A stretch of 64,000 nt of DNA from NCBI GenBank assembly GCA_964344415.1, contig CAYFMS010000001.1, forward strand, positions 100,214 to 164,213. Reading direction: 5' to 3'. Shown piece after piece: positions 18,140-28,191 of this stretch. The notes beneath the pieces are model-generated. The model saw nothing but the letters and a program-made list of their open reading frames with translations. It did no database searches and had not been told where the DNA came from. The DNA is from an uncultured Gammaproteobacteria bacterium (GTDB lineage Bacteria; Patescibacteriota; Patescibacteriia; UBA9934). Both the position numbers and the translations under genes were made by a program. Every line of letters starts with the position of its first letter. Position 1 is the first letter of the stretch.

Positions 18140-19135
18140 CTACATCCCCTTACAATTTCCAAATGTGAATGCATAGGCGCGAAGTCCCGCATCCCTTACC
18201 TTCACTTTGAGCAGTCCACGATGATATGTATCTGCATCAACCAATCGGTACATGCGTGCACCGGTCACTGTCACGACGGCGCGCCCATCTTTTTGTATAC
18301 GAACATCTTCACCGGCCATATCTTCTGGAAGCGGCTGTCCATCAAGCTCTATTTCAATACTCGCCCGTTTTTTCTGCGCGGTTTCCATAACAAGATTCAC
18401 AGAAAAGGCGCTATAACGCAAACCAATATATTCACTCCCAGCTGTCTGCCTACTATGCTCCACATATTCTTTTGCTACCGTGAAATGCCCGTGAAAATGC
18501 GGGATGCCTTCTTCATACGCCGATGACGATGTATATGCAATCTCTTCATTCGGAACAATATGCTCATCATGCCCAAAGCGCCCACGCAAAAATCCCAGAT
18601 ACACCTCATGCGTTGTCGGATAGCAAATGCCTCCACCAATAGACTCATCTGGTTTTATCGCTGGCAAGTCCTTAGCCCCGATGGCCTGCAATGCTTTTTG
18701 TATGGCATGCTCCGTTTCTGCATAGTGCCCTTCCCCGATATGGTCATACACCAAAACACCCTGATGATCGACGAGGAATTTATGCGGCCAATATCGATTC
18801 GCATACAATTTCCAAATGGCGTATTTCGGATCAAGCACAACCGGATATGGAATACCAAGTCTTTTTACCGCAGCGCTCACGGTAGACTTATCTGATTCAA
18901 AAGCAAATTCCGGTGTATGCACACCGATAATGACCAGCCCCTTGTCTTTGTACGCCTCATGCCATCTAATGAGATGCGGAAGTGTGCGCAAGCAATTCAC
19001 GCAGGAATATGTCCAAAAATCAATGAGAACAACTTTCCCGCGCAGCTTTTTCATTGCCAATGACGAAGAATTTAGCCATGTCAATCGAGATGGAAATTCT
19101 GGCGCATGCGTTTTTCCGAGTCGCTTCAAAAACAT
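18140..19135 (-). CDS. thioredoxin-like (TlpA/redoxin family, W-x-x-C-x-x-C) protein with a ~170-aa C-terminal extension
   Basis: VVLIDFWTYSCVNCLRTLP motif. Confidence 0.6.
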   Translation of the reverse strand: MFLKRLGKTHAPEFPSRLTWLNSSSLAMKKLRGKVVLIDFWTYSCVNCLRTLPHLIRWHEAYKDKGLVIIGVHTPEFAFESDKSTVSAAVKRLGIPYPVVLDPKYAIWKLYANRYWPHKFLVDHQGVLVYDHIGEGHYAETEHAIQKALQAIGAKDLPAIKPDESIGGGICYPTTHEVYLGFLRGRFGHDEHIVPNEEIAYTSSSAYEEGIPHFHGHFTVAKEYVEHSRQTAGSEYIGLRYSAFSVNLVMETAQKKRASIEIELDGQPLPEDMAGEDVRIQKDGRAVVTVTGARMYRLVDADTYHRGLLKVKVRDAGLRAYAFTFGNCKGM

Positions 19136-19138
19136 ATA

Positions 19139-19813
19139 CTAAAATGGTGCCGTGCCAAGCCACTGACTCGCAAATCGACCGATCAAATATCCAAGAAGTG
19201 CTGCCGTTAGTGAAATTGTGACCATTTCAAGGCCGCTTTTCACAACATCTACCTTAACAAGCTTCGCCTTCCATGCACCAACAGCGAAAAGGACCATGCC
19301 CGTTAATAATACCGATGGCAAAATCGCTTGATGCACATCGAAGAAAAAATATGGGATGAGCGGGAAGAATCCTCCAAGTAAATAAAATGCCCCCATAACA
19401 ATTGCTGCCGTAAATGGTGAGTTTTTTTCTTTTTCACGCGATGCACCAACATTATTTCCTCGCAACAATTCAATAATCTCTTCTGATTTTTTCTTTCCGC
19501 ATTTATGTTCAAGGAATTCTTTAAGAGCCGTGCCGCTTGATAGCTTTTTTTGAAGTAATTTTGACAATTGCCGAGCTTTCTTTACCGTCTCGACTTGATT
19601 CGCCGCCTTTGATGACAGAAAACTGCCAGCCGTCATTGAAAGCGCCTCAACAAAAATAAGAACAAGTCCTGAAAGTATTACAATATTCGCATTACCCGTC
19701 CCGATGGCAATTCCCGTCGTTGCGCCCAGCGTAGAAACCAATGCATCTTCGAGGCCAAAAATGACTTCGCGCAATGAATGTTGTAATTTTTGACGCAGTC
19801 CTCCTGTCCTCAT
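19139..19813 (-). CDS. VIT1/CCC1-family Fe/Mn transporter
   Basis: FGLEDALVSTLGATTGIAIG motif plus C-terminal TM helices. Confidence 0.6.
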   Translation of the reverse strand: MRTGGLRQKLQHSLREVIFGLEDALVSTLGATTGIAIGTGNANIVILSGLVLIFVEALSMTAGSFLSSKAANQVETVKKARQLSKLLQKKLSSGTALKEFLEHKCGKKKSEEIIELLRGNNVGASREKEKNSPFTAAIVMGAFYLLGGFFPLIPYFFFDVHQAILPSVLLTGMVLFAVGAWKAKLVKVDVVKSGLEMVTISLTAALLGYLIGRFASQWLGTAPF

Positions 19814-19862
19814 GGCAAAATTATAGCATAGAGATGAGCGAGAAATGGTATAATATCGGCAT

Positions 19863-20258
19863 ATGGAAATATCAGCGCATTACAGCGCATACCCACAAAA
19901 AACGCTTATTGCCGTTACAAATAATCACTTGGCGCGACTGCTGTGCGCCAATGATCGCTTGATCGAAGAAATTGAGAGCATCGAGATTGGGTCTGATGAC
20001 GATGTGAATGAAAGGCAAAATGATGCCGAACAGCAACAAGATCGAGAGAATTTGTATGAACGGCTCAATAAACGACTTTTGAAGCTTGCGCCAGATTATG
20101 AACGTATTCTGATTTGCATGCCCGAGGCGCTTAAAGGTGACATTCTTGCATCGCTCGATGCCTCTCTTGAAGAAAAAATGAGCGAAGTCATTCCAAAAAA
20201 TCTTGCATCATTAGAACTGGACGCCATTGTGCGCATTCTGGACGAAAGTCATACATAG
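19863..20258 (+). CDS. hypothetical acidic protein
   Basis: 131-aa ORF. TGgTATAAT at 19846-19854 lies 8 nt before the ATG, suggesting a leaderless mRNA. A terminator follows. Confidence 0.5.
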   Translation: MEISAHYSAYPQKTLIAVTNNHLARLLCANDRLIEEIESIEIGSDDDVNERQNDAEQQQDRENLYERLNKRLLKLAPDYERILICMPEALKGDILASLDASLEEKMSEVIPKNLASLELDAIVRILDESHT

Positions 20259-20286
20259 AACCGAGGCCATAAAACCTCGGTTTTTA
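20259..20286 (+). terminator. Rho-independent terminator
   Basis: ccgagg-ccataaaa-cctcgg followed by T5. Confidence 0.65.
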
Positions 20287-20377
20287 ATTAATTTCGATTC
20301 CCTCGCAAGCCAGTCAACCGGCTTGCTCAAGTTCCTCGTCCATGAAAAAAGACCACCTTTCGGTGATCCATTTTTCA

Positions 20378-20452
20378 TGGAGGCCAGAGCGGGAATCGAA
20401 CCCGCGCGTCGAGGTTTTGCAGACCCCTGCGTTACCACTTCGCCACCTGGCC
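20378..20452 (-). tRNA. tRNA-Cys (GCA)
   Basis: Cloverleaf folded by hand: acceptor GGCCAGG/TCTGGCC, anticodon loop CTGCAAA, T-arm GCGGG-TTCGATT-CCCGC, CCA encoded. A long hairpin follows the 3' end. Confidence 0.8.
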
Positions 20453-20496
20453 AGGTGCAGCGATGGTAACAGATTCAGGACTAAGAATCAAGGCGA

Positions 20497-20964
20497 TTAC
20501 TCAATCGTAACAGCCTGCGCGGACAAGATAACTTCTTCAACAGACTGCCCTGCGCTCCCTTGCATGATGATTTTAAACTGATACTTCCCCGTTTCGGTTT
20601 CAAGATAGTAATTTTCATCACTTTCTTTGAAGAATCCATTTCCAAGGTCTTCAGCTTCGGAAGGAATAATGCGCCGATCGTCGAGTCTCAAAACGCGAAT
20701 ATGCGCGAAGTCATTTGGCGTATACTCACCGTCCACTTTTTGAATGGCATTCACCGTGCTTTGCAAAACAATGTCATCCATTTCACGATTCACATCAAGC
20801 GAAAATGAATCGGGGCTTTCACTTGTAAGGTCATAAGCGGATGCCATTGCCCAGTCAGTCGGCAAATCAAATGCAAGCCACCAGTCGCCCTCAACGCTTT
20901 TACCGCCAAGACATCCCGCACCAATAAGAAGTAATCCAAGAACAGAAAAAATGATGTTTTTCAT
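20497..20964 (-). CDS. hypothetical lipoprotein
   Basis: MKNIIFSVLGLLLIGAGC lipobox-like signal; 155 aa. Confidence 0.55.
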   Translation of the reverse strand: MKNIIFSVLGLLLIGAGCLGGKSVEGDWWLAFDLPTDWAMASAYDLTSESPDSFSLDVNREMDDIVLQSTVNAIQKVDGEYTPNDFAHIRVLRLDDRRIIPSEAEDLGNGFFKESDENYYLETETGKYQFKIIMQGSAGQSVEEVILSAQAVTIE

Positions 20965-21018
20965 AGTGAGATGAGTGTAGCAAAAGTGATTCTTTTCGTA
21001 AATAAAAAGGCCTTATTG

Positions 21019-21585
21019 CTAAAGCCCGAGTTCTTTTGGCGACGTATCAAGCATGGCCGCTATGCATGCGCGGTTGAACATGATCCAGCCATGGCACCAT
21101 CTCCTATACCACCTTACCTTCTTGCCCTGCATTCTGGCTCTGAGCGCAGGGCAGCCGGGGCCATAATTGTGAATCATCACCATTGTTCCCAGAAAGAGAA
21201 TGTCTTCAAATCCTCCATCATCCCGTGGGATCAACCAATCGTCTGGAATAAGGTCCGTATTCTGCAGGATGGCTTGAAGTGCATTGAAGCCAAGCACTCT
21301 CTCCGCATGCCCTTCCCTCACTTCCTTCACGAATCTTGAGAAACCAATCTCCCTGCCCGTTTCTTCATCCGGCGGCTGCGTATGCAAATGGACACGGCGT
21401 AGATCGAGTTCAAATGGCTGATGTTCGGCATGATGCAGCACTTCCCAGCCAACCACCCTTTCAGGCAGAAGCGGGGGGCCGGGGTCAACGCGAATGAACT
21501 GCCTTTCAAACCCTTCTTTCGCCCGCCCAGCAAGAACATCGTCGAGCGTTCGCCTTGAAGGGACAATCCAATTATCATTCTTCAT
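21019..21585 (-). CDS. hypothetical protein (GC-rich, ~52%)
   Basis: 188 aa from ATG 21585 with GGAGG 5 nt upstream. Composition is atypical for the host. Confidence 0.45.
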   Translation of the reverse strand: MKNDNWIVPSRRTLDDVLAGRAKEGFERQFIRVDPGPPLLPERVVGWEVLHHAEHQPFELDLRRVHLHTQPPDEETGREIGFSRFVKEVREGHAERVLGFNALQAILQNTDLIPDDWLIPRDDGGFEDILFLGTMVMIHNYGPGCPALRARMQGKKVRWYRRWCHGWIMFNRACIAAMLDTSPKELGL

Positions 21586-21649
21586 TTTTCCTCCAGCAAA
21601 GCATGGTTTGTGCAATGTAAAAGAATAAAAGAGCCCGGTCAAGGCTCTT

Positions 21650-22186
21650 TTATTTCAAAATGGCTACATTTTTCTGACGAACACCCCAGTTGCGGGCCGC
21701 CTGAATATCCATACCCATATACCAGTCAACTCGGTAATTATAACGTGCATTCATTCGGTCACGAACCGTACATGTTCCAAGTCCATCCACTTCAAGAACA
21801 GTCCCGAGCGGAACAAAGTTCGCCGCACATGTTTGCAATCCACGCTCAAGCTTTTCACAAATGTCCGTACCCTGCGCGCCAATACATGGCGTTGCATCTG
21901 TTTGCCAAGGCACAGAGTTATACGCGGAAACCGGTACAACGATGGACGGTAATTCTCGATTCTCAGACTCTGGCAATGATTCAACTGCTGCATGCGTATT
22001 TTGCATTGCTGCAATTTCAAGAGCAACTACGCGATCATCAACGGCAGCTTGCTCAATGGTCGCATTCACTTCTGGCACAAGCGTCACAAAACCAATAGAC
22101 ACGAGGCCGAGCGCCACAACAATCATTTGTTTTTTGTTCTGCAGCCACATATTTGGCAGCATCTGAATAATGTCGATAATAGGCAT
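21650..22186 (-). CDS. 3D-domain (RlpA/MltA-like double-psi beta-barrel) cell-wall protein
   Basis: C-terminal TDATPCIGAQGTDICEKL...VDGLGTCTVRDRMNARYNYRVD matches the 3D domain with its invariant Asp residues. Confidence 0.6.
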   Translation of the reverse strand: MPIIDIIQMLPNMWLQNKKQMIVVALGLVSIGFVTLVPEVNATIEQAAVDDRVVALEIAAMQNTHAAVESLPESENRELPSIVVPVSAYNSVPWQTDATPCIGAQGTDICEKLERGLQTCAANFVPLGTVLEVDGLGTCTVRDRMNARYNYRVDWYMGMDIQAARNWGVRQKNVAILK

Positions 22187-22349
22187 AAGTAATGGGGCAA
22201 AATAAAAAGCCCCCGTTTTGGGAACTGGCAGGACTATAGCAAATTTTGCCTATTAGGTCAATTATTTTTAGGTTTTATTGGCTAATATTAGCAATTTTTT
22301 TTCATTGCAAAACAGAGACTGAATGCTATAATGATCACAAAATATATCT

Positions 22350-25286
22350 ATGCATAAACCAGGATCATCTCGCCATAGTTGGGCGAATCAAAAAAAGAAG
22401 CGCGGAAAATTTTCTTTTAAAAAACTTATTTCTTCAATCACCATGGCCAAAACATGGGACAAGAAAAGCCTCATCAAGAATCTCGTATTGTCCGGGATCG
22501 CGCTTTTCCTTTTTGGAACGATTCTCTTCCTTGGACTTTTTGCATGGTATTCGCGAGATCTTCCGAATCCAGATCAATTGATTGCACGTGAGATTCCGGA
22601 GTCGACTAAAATTTATGATCGTACCGGAGAGCATCTTCTTTTTGAAATCTCTGGGGATGAGCGGCGAACCATTGTGCGCATAGATGAATTGCCCGATTAT
22701 ATTGCGCAGGCAACAATTACAGCGGAGGATCGGAAATTCTATGAGCATAAAGGCATAGACATCAAAGGAATTATCCGTGCGCTTCTCGTGAATATTTCTA
22801 CACTTGATCCAACTGCGCAGGGTGCTTCGACGATTACACAGCAGCTCGTGAAAAATGCGATTCTGACAAATGAAAAAACGATTGCCCGTAAGGTGAAAGA
22901 AATCATTCTTTCTCTTGCACTCGAACGTCGCTATGAGAAGGATGAAATCCTTCAGCTCTATCTCAATGAAATTCCGTATGGGTCAACAAATTACGGTATT
23001 GAGTCTGCGGCGCAAGCCTATTTCTCAAAACCCGCCGCTGAATTAACTATTGCAGAATCGGCAACACTTGCTTCCTTGCCGAAAGCTCCAACGACCTACC
23101 TCAATAATCCGGATCGCTTACTTGAACGTAGGGATTGGATTCTTTATGGCATGGAAGAGCTCGGATATATTTCATCCGATGAACTTACATTAGCGCTCGA
23201 GGAAGAAACACCCGTCAATCCAACCATATCGGGAATTCAAGCACCGCATTTTGTGATGTGGGTGAAGGAGCTTCTCGTTGAAGAATATGGTGAGCGTATG
23301 GTTGAACAAGGAGGGCTCGACGTCATAACGACGCTCGATTTTGATAAGCAGCAATTCGCAGAGGAAGCTGTTACAAATGGAATCGAGGCTCGCAGCGAGA
23401 CATATAATTTTAACAATACAGGCCTCGTTTCACTTGATCCAAAGAATGGTCAAGTCCTTGCCATGGTTGGATCGGCTGATTATTTCAGTGAGGAAATTGA
23501 TGGGGCGGTGAATATTACCCGTCGCGCCCTTCAACCTGGGTCGAGTTTCAAGCCAATTATCTATACGGCCGCTTTCGAGGCTGGGTACACTCCGAATACC
23601 ATTCTTTGGGATGTGAAAACAACATTCCCAACATCTACCGGCCCATATAGTCCTAATAACTTTGATTTCGATGAACGTGGGCCTATTACCGTTCGCAGTT
23701 CACTTCAGGGATCTCTCAATATTCCAGCTGTAAAAATGCTTTACCTTATCGGTGTTCAAAATGGTCTGAATTTTGCAGAGCGCTTGGGGTATAGCACATT
23801 CGAGGATCGATCTCGCTTTGGCCTCGCTATCGTTCTCGGTGGTGGAGAGGTGCTGCCGATTGAACATGCGGCCGCATATGGTGTCTTTGCAAATGAAGGA
23901 AATTACTATGCCCCCGAGGCAATTCTCCGTGTTGAAGATTCTGACGGAAATGTCCTTGAAGAGTGGGAGGAGAAAGAGGGCGAAAAGGTTCTTGAAACAA
24001 ATTTGGCTCGCATGATTAGCAATGTGCTTTCAGATGATGGAGCACGGGCCTACATTTTCGGAACGGGGAGTAACCTCACACTCCCTGGACGCGCAGCGGC
24101 AGCAAAAACAGGAACAACAAATGACAATAAAGATGCTTGGACAGTTGGCTATACTCCGCAAATCGTCACAGCTGTTTGGGCTGGAAACACAGACGGGACA
24201 TCCATGTCGAGTCGTGCTGGCGGATCAAGTGTCGCAGCACCTGTTTGGAATGAATATATGCGCCGCGCTCATGAAGGCCTTGGGGTTGAGTGGTTCAATT
24301 CGCCTACTATTCCCGTTACTGGAAAGGCTATTCTTGATGGACAAATTCCAAGCGAGCGCATCGTCATCGATAAGGCTTCCGGCAAGCTTGCAACAGATCT
24401 CACTCCGGACAGCATGAAAGAAGAAAAGGTTTGCGGCGAATATCACAATATCCTTACCTATGTTGATCGATCTAATCCGCTTGGGCCTGCGCCATCAAAC
24501 CCTGAGGCGGCTGACAGCAGTTGGGATGATTGGGAAAATGCCGTACAGGACTTCATCACACGTCATAATGCCGAGCTTGAAGATGGTGAGGCACCGCTTG
24601 AGAACTGTGAAATTCCGACAGAAGAGGATGATGTACATACGTCCCAGAATCAACCACGTGTGAATTTACGCGCACCGAAAAATAATGCCGATGTAGGGAG
24701 AAGCTTTGACGTCGATGTACGCGCGAATGCAAAACGAGGCATCGCCAGAATCGAAATTCTCATCGATGATCAAGTCATTCTGATTTCAGGAGACCAATCT
24801 ATTATCCGGGTCGATCTCCCCTCATGGGTACAGGCGGGAACACATACCCTGACCGTCGCGGCCTATGATGACGTAGACAATGTTGGAATGGACTCTGCAA
24901 CAATCACGGTCAATGAAGGAGACTTCCTGGAAGGGTTCACGATCACAAATCCAACAAATGGGCAGATTATTGAAGTCAGTGGAAATACCTATACCATTGT
25001 CGCGGAAAGCTCTAATGCAGCAGATATACGCACTGTGGGTGTGACAGCTACAAATCTTCTTTCCCCAAGCCCTATCATTGTTGCCGAACTTACAAATCCC
25101 GGACCAATTATCTCTATCCCCTGGCAATTACCAGGACCAGGATCCTATGTCCTGAATGTCTGGTCGCGCATGAGTAATGGAGACATTGCTCAGGGCGTCC
25201 CGGTACGCATTCTCATAAAAAATCCTGCAGCCATTCCGGAAGATCTTCTACTCGTCACGCCGGACGAGGAAGAGGAGGAAGAATAA
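22350..25286 (+). CDS. mrcA: penicillin-binding protein 1A (bifunctional glycosyltransferase/transpeptidase) with a C-terminal Ig-like extension and poly-Glu tail
   Basis: GT51 motifs (ITAEDRKFYEHKGID; STITQQLVKN) and the transpeptidase SxxK motif (PGSSFKP). C-terminal ~250-aa extension ends in EEEEE. Confidence 0.85.
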   Translation: MHKPGSSRHSWANQKKKRGKFSFKKLISSITMAKTWDKKSLIKNLVLSGIALFLFGTILFLGLFAWYSRDLPNPDQLIAREIPESTKIYDRTGEHLLFEISGDERRTIVRIDELPDYIAQATITAEDRKFYEHKGIDIKGIIRALLVNISTLDPTAQGASTITQQLVKNAILTNEKTIARKVKEIILSLALERRYEKDEILQLYLNEIPYGSTNYGIESAAQAYFSKPAAELTIAESATLASLPKAPTTYLNNPDRLLERRDWILYGMEELGYISSDELTLALEEETPVNPTISGIQAPHFVMWVKELLVEEYGERMVEQGGLDVITTLDFDKQQFAEEAVTNGIEARSETYNFNNTGLVSLDPKNGQVLAMVGSADYFSEEIDGAVNITRRALQPGSSFKPIIYTAAFEAGYTPNTILWDVKTTFPTSTGPYSPNNFDFDERGPITVRSSLQGSLNIPAVKMLYLIGVQNGLNFAERLGYSTFEDRSRFGLAIVLGGGEVLPIEHAAAYGVFANEGNYYAPEAILRVEDSDGNVLEEWEEKEGEKVLETNLARMISNVLSDDGARAYIFGTGSNLTLPGRAAAAKTGTTNDNKDAWTVGYTPQIVTAVWAGNTDGTSMSSRAGGSSVAAPVWNEYMRRAHEGLGVEWFNSPTIPVTGKAILDGQIPSERIVIDKASGKLATDLTPDSMKEEKVCGEYHNILTYVDRSNPLGPAPSNPEAADSSWDDWENAVQDFITRHNAELEDGEAPLENCEIPTEEDDVHTSQNQPRVNLRAPKNNADVGRSFDVDVRANAKRGIARIEILIDDQVILISGDQSIIRVDLPSWVQAGTHTLTVAAYDDVDNVGMDSATITVNEGDFLEGFTITNPTNGQIIEVSGNTYTIVAESSNAADIRTVGVTATNLLSPSPIIVAELTNPGPIISIPWQLPGPGSYVLNVWSRMSNGDIAQGVPVRILIKNPAAIPEDLLLVTPDEEEEEE

Positions 25287-25344
25287 AATCCCCATTCGGG
25301 GATTTTTCATTACCTGTAAATCGATACTGTTAGGCCTCGGGGTT

Positions 25345-26484
25345 TTATTGTCGTATCGGCATCACAATATACTTAAACACTTCGTCTGGCATGCCAAGAG
25401 GCGTAACAACACATGGATTCATGCCATCAATCATCTGTATTTTGATCTTTGAGCTGCTCATGGCATTAAGCCCATCGAGCAAATAACGATAATTCAAGGC
25501 TATTTCATTCTCCCCTCCCTCCATTTCCACATCGAGCGATACGACATTTTCCCCGCGAACTGAATCATTTGACCGTATCTCAATTTCATTTTCCCCTTTA
25601 GAACTCAGTCGAATATCATAAAGACCTAATTTAGAGAAAAGACTTGCTGTTTTTATGGCCTGTATGAGCTCGCTTCGATTTACATCGAAAGATGTCACAC
25701 TCTTTTCTGGAATAATTTGCCGGTAGTCAGGATATACACCCTCAATCGTCCTTGAAGTTAATTCAAAACTTCCATAGGTAAAGACAACTTGATTCTCCGA
25801 GAGACCTATCTCAATCGCCTCAGGCGCTTCTACATCGTCTTTAAAGAGCCCAAGTATGCGATGCAGTTCTGAAAGCGTTCTTTGCGGAATAATGACCTGT
25901 GCAGAATCCGTTGAACCACCGCTTATTGTCAAGACAACCTCTGAAAGCCGATAACTGTCTGTCGCTGCCATAATAACCTTGCCGCCACCTTCTCTTTCAT
26001 CATGAAAAGAAAAGAATACACCAGCGAGTTCTGGACGAGATTCATTTGTCGATGCAGCAAATAATACATTCGCAAGCCCTTTTTTGAATTCAGATACTGA
26101 CATGGAATATGTCTGCTGCCCCGAAACAGATGGAACAACCGGAAATTCCGTCGATGCAATTCCCTTGAGCTTTGTTTTGCTGTTTTTGCATGAAACCATC
26201 AATCCGTCGTCTACCAAATCAATATCAACTCGCTCACTTGGTAAGAGATTAGCAAAGTCATAGAAGAGTTTTGATGGAACGGTGTATTCCCCCTCTTGTT
26301 CAACTCTGCCTCTCATAGAACAAGAGACAGCCATTTCTAAATTGGTTGCAATAAGCTTTACATTTCCTCCCTCTGCTTTTATGAGTACATTCTCAAGAAC
26401 AGGTAAGTGGGCTTGTTTTGCTCCTAGGCGACTTGTAATGGCAAGTGCCTGCCAGAGATTGTCTTTTGTGCAAGATAGTTTCAC
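25345..26484 (-). CDS. dnaN: DNA polymerase III beta sliding clamp
   Basis: MKLSCTKDNLWQALAITSRL...; 379 aa; position immediately downstream of dnaA. Confidence 0.9.
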   Translation of the reverse strand: MKLSCTKDNLWQALAITSRLGAKQAHLPVLENVLIKAEGGNVKLIATNLEMAVSCSMRGRVEQEGEYTVPSKLFYDFANLLPSERVDIDLVDDGLMVSCKNSKTKLKGIASTEFPVVPSVSGQQTYSMSVSEFKKGLANVLFAASTNESRPELAGVFFSFHDEREGGGKVIMAATDSYRLSEVVLTISGGSTDSAQVIIPQRTLSELHRILGLFKDDVEAPEAIEIGLSENQVVFTYGSFELTSRTIEGVYPDYRQIIPEKSVTSFDVNRSELIQAIKTASLFSKLGLYDIRLSSKGENEIEIRSNDSVRGENVVSLDVEMEGGENEIALNYRYLLDGLNAMSSSKIKIQMIDGMNPCVVTPLGMPDEVFKYIVMPIRQ

Positions 26485-26554
26485 AGTATTTCGGTTATCT
26501 CTTATTAATAAAGAGAATATATAGGTTTATAAATCAGTAGTAACAGTAGGGCAT

Positions 26555-26762
26555 GTGGACAGCGTGGATAAGTGACGTTTATGCCCGTGATTCTTTACTG
26601 AAAGTGCTTGGGGATTTGTGCACAGTACATGGGAGTTCTTGTGAATGAATTGTGTACAGATTCGAGGCACTTTCACACTATGTGTTTATCCTCAGGTTTT
26701 TCACCAAGATGTTCATAGGTTTATCCACGCAGCTTATCCACTTATCCTCATATTATCCAGAA
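26555..26762. promoter_or_regulatory. DnaA-box cluster (oriC element) between dnaA and dnaN
   Basis: TTATCCACG (26721), TTATCCACT (26734), TTATCCTCA, TTATCCAGA, CGTGGATAA (26564) and TGTGGACAG (26555): at least six 7-8/9 matches to TTATCCACA. Confidence 0.75.
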
Positions 26763-28150
26763 TAGATTTTCTGCTTGATGAGTTCTAGGTCACGCTTTAG
26801 CTGTTCATCAGTGTCGAGCAGCTTCACGATTTTACTGTATGCGTGCATAGCGGTTGTATGGTCACGTCCGCCGAGTTCCTGTCCAATGGACGGATAAGAA
26901 CTATCCATTTCCTCTCTCAGAAGGTACATAACGATTTGGCGAGGGAATGCCAAGCGTTTTTCCCTACTTTTTCCAAGAATATCTTCTTGATTAATGTCGA
27001 AATATTCAGCGACGGTAAGAATAATTTGTTTCGGTGACACTGTTTTTTTCATGCTGCTTGCCTCGAAGCTCGCAATGAGCGGTTGGCAGGTGTCGATGGT
27101 GGGCTCGATATTCTTAAACTGGTGATAGGCAACAATTTTTGTAAGCGCTCCCTCGAGTTCTCGCACATTTGAAGAGATATTATCGGCAATATAGTGCAGA
27201 ATTTCCCGAGGAATGCTGACGCCGCGTTTTTGACATTTGATGTCGAGAATCGCAACGCGCGTTTCAAGGTCTGGAGCACCAATATCAACGAGCATGCCCC
27301 ATTCGAGCCTAGAAAGAAGGCGCTTCTCAAGGGCAGCAATGGCGCGAGGCTGCCTATCAGACGCAATAATGATCTGTTTATTTGCCTGATGAAGGGCATT
27401 AAAGGTATGGAAGAACTCTTCTTGTGTCCCTTCTTTACCAGTGATGAACTGAATGTCATCAATAAGGAGCAGGTCTACATTACGGTATCGATCTTTGAAT
27501 TCTTTTGCTTTTCCGCCGCGCACAGCCTGAATAAAATCATTTGTGAACTGCTCGCATGTCACATAAAGCACGCGGGCATTTGGCTTTGAACGAACGATTT
27601 CATTCCCAACTGCATGCAGAAGATGTGTTTTCCCAAGCCCAACGCCTCCGTAAATGAAAAGAGGGTTATATGTGCCACCGGGTTGCGCTGCAACAGCTTG
27701 CGCGGCTGCATGCGCGAGCTCATTCTGCTTCCCAACAATGAAGCTTTGGAAGATATAATTTGTATTAATAGCACTGCTACTTGTTGCAGGCCCCTGGTCA
27801 TTCGTAACGAATCCGTAATCTTCTGGAGTATTTTCAACAGGAGCCGCCTCTACTTTTTCTTCCTCTTTAGGGGAGAAGTCAACCGCAACAGGGTCGGCTG
27901 GTTTCGTTGCGACACGATATTCAAGTCCGCGAATAGTGTGTTCAGTAATATTTTGCAGGCTAAGAAGTATGTCGCGATGATACTTTTTTTCAAGCCATGC
28001 TTTTGTGAATTGATTTGGAACACCAACAATAATGGTGTCCGGAGAAAACTCCGCAATGAATGTATTGCGGAACCAAGTAGTGAAATGCGCTTTGCTGAGC
28101 TTCAATTCAAGCTCACCAAGCGCTGCTTGCCAGAGTTCATGTGTATTCAT
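26753..28150 (-). CDS. dnaA: chromosomal replication initiator protein
   Basis: AAA+ Walker A GGVGLGKTHLLHA and C-terminal DNA-binding motifs; start at ATG 28150 (MNTHELWQAALGELE). Confidence 0.95.
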   Translation of the reverse strand: MNTHELWQAALGELELKLSKAHFTTWFRNTFIAEFSPDTIIVGVPNQFTKAWLEKKYHRDILLSLQNITEHTIRGLEYRVATKPADPVAVDFSPKEEEKVEAAPVENTPEDYGFVTNDQGPATSSSAINTNYIFQSFIVGKQNELAHAAAQAVAAQPGGTYNPLFIYGGVGLGKTHLLHAVGNEIVRSKPNARVLYVTCEQFTNDFIQAVRGGKAKEFKDRYRNVDLLLIDDIQFITGKEGTQEEFFHTFNALHQANKQIIIASDRQPRAIAALEKRLLSRLEWGMLVDIGAPDLETRVAILDIKCQKRGVSIPREILHYIADNISSNVRELEGALTKIVAYHQFKNIEPTIDTCQPLIASFEASSMKKTVSPKQIILTVAEYFDINQEDILGKSREKRLAFPRQIVMYLLREEMDSSYPSIGQELGGRDHTTAMHAYSKIVKLLDTDEQLKRDLELIKQKIYSG

Positions 28151-28191
28151 AGATATTCCCCTCAAATTCGACTGATCATCATGTTACACTA

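Noticed and set aside
20211-20581. ORFs 20211..20438 (-), 20227..20469 (+) and 20342..20581 (+).
   Set aside because: They overlap tRNA-Cys and its flanking hairpins and are not protein-coding.
20971-21339. 122-aa plus-strand ORF.
   Set aside because: It is antisense to the better-supported 188-aa minus-strand ORF, which has a GGAGG SD.
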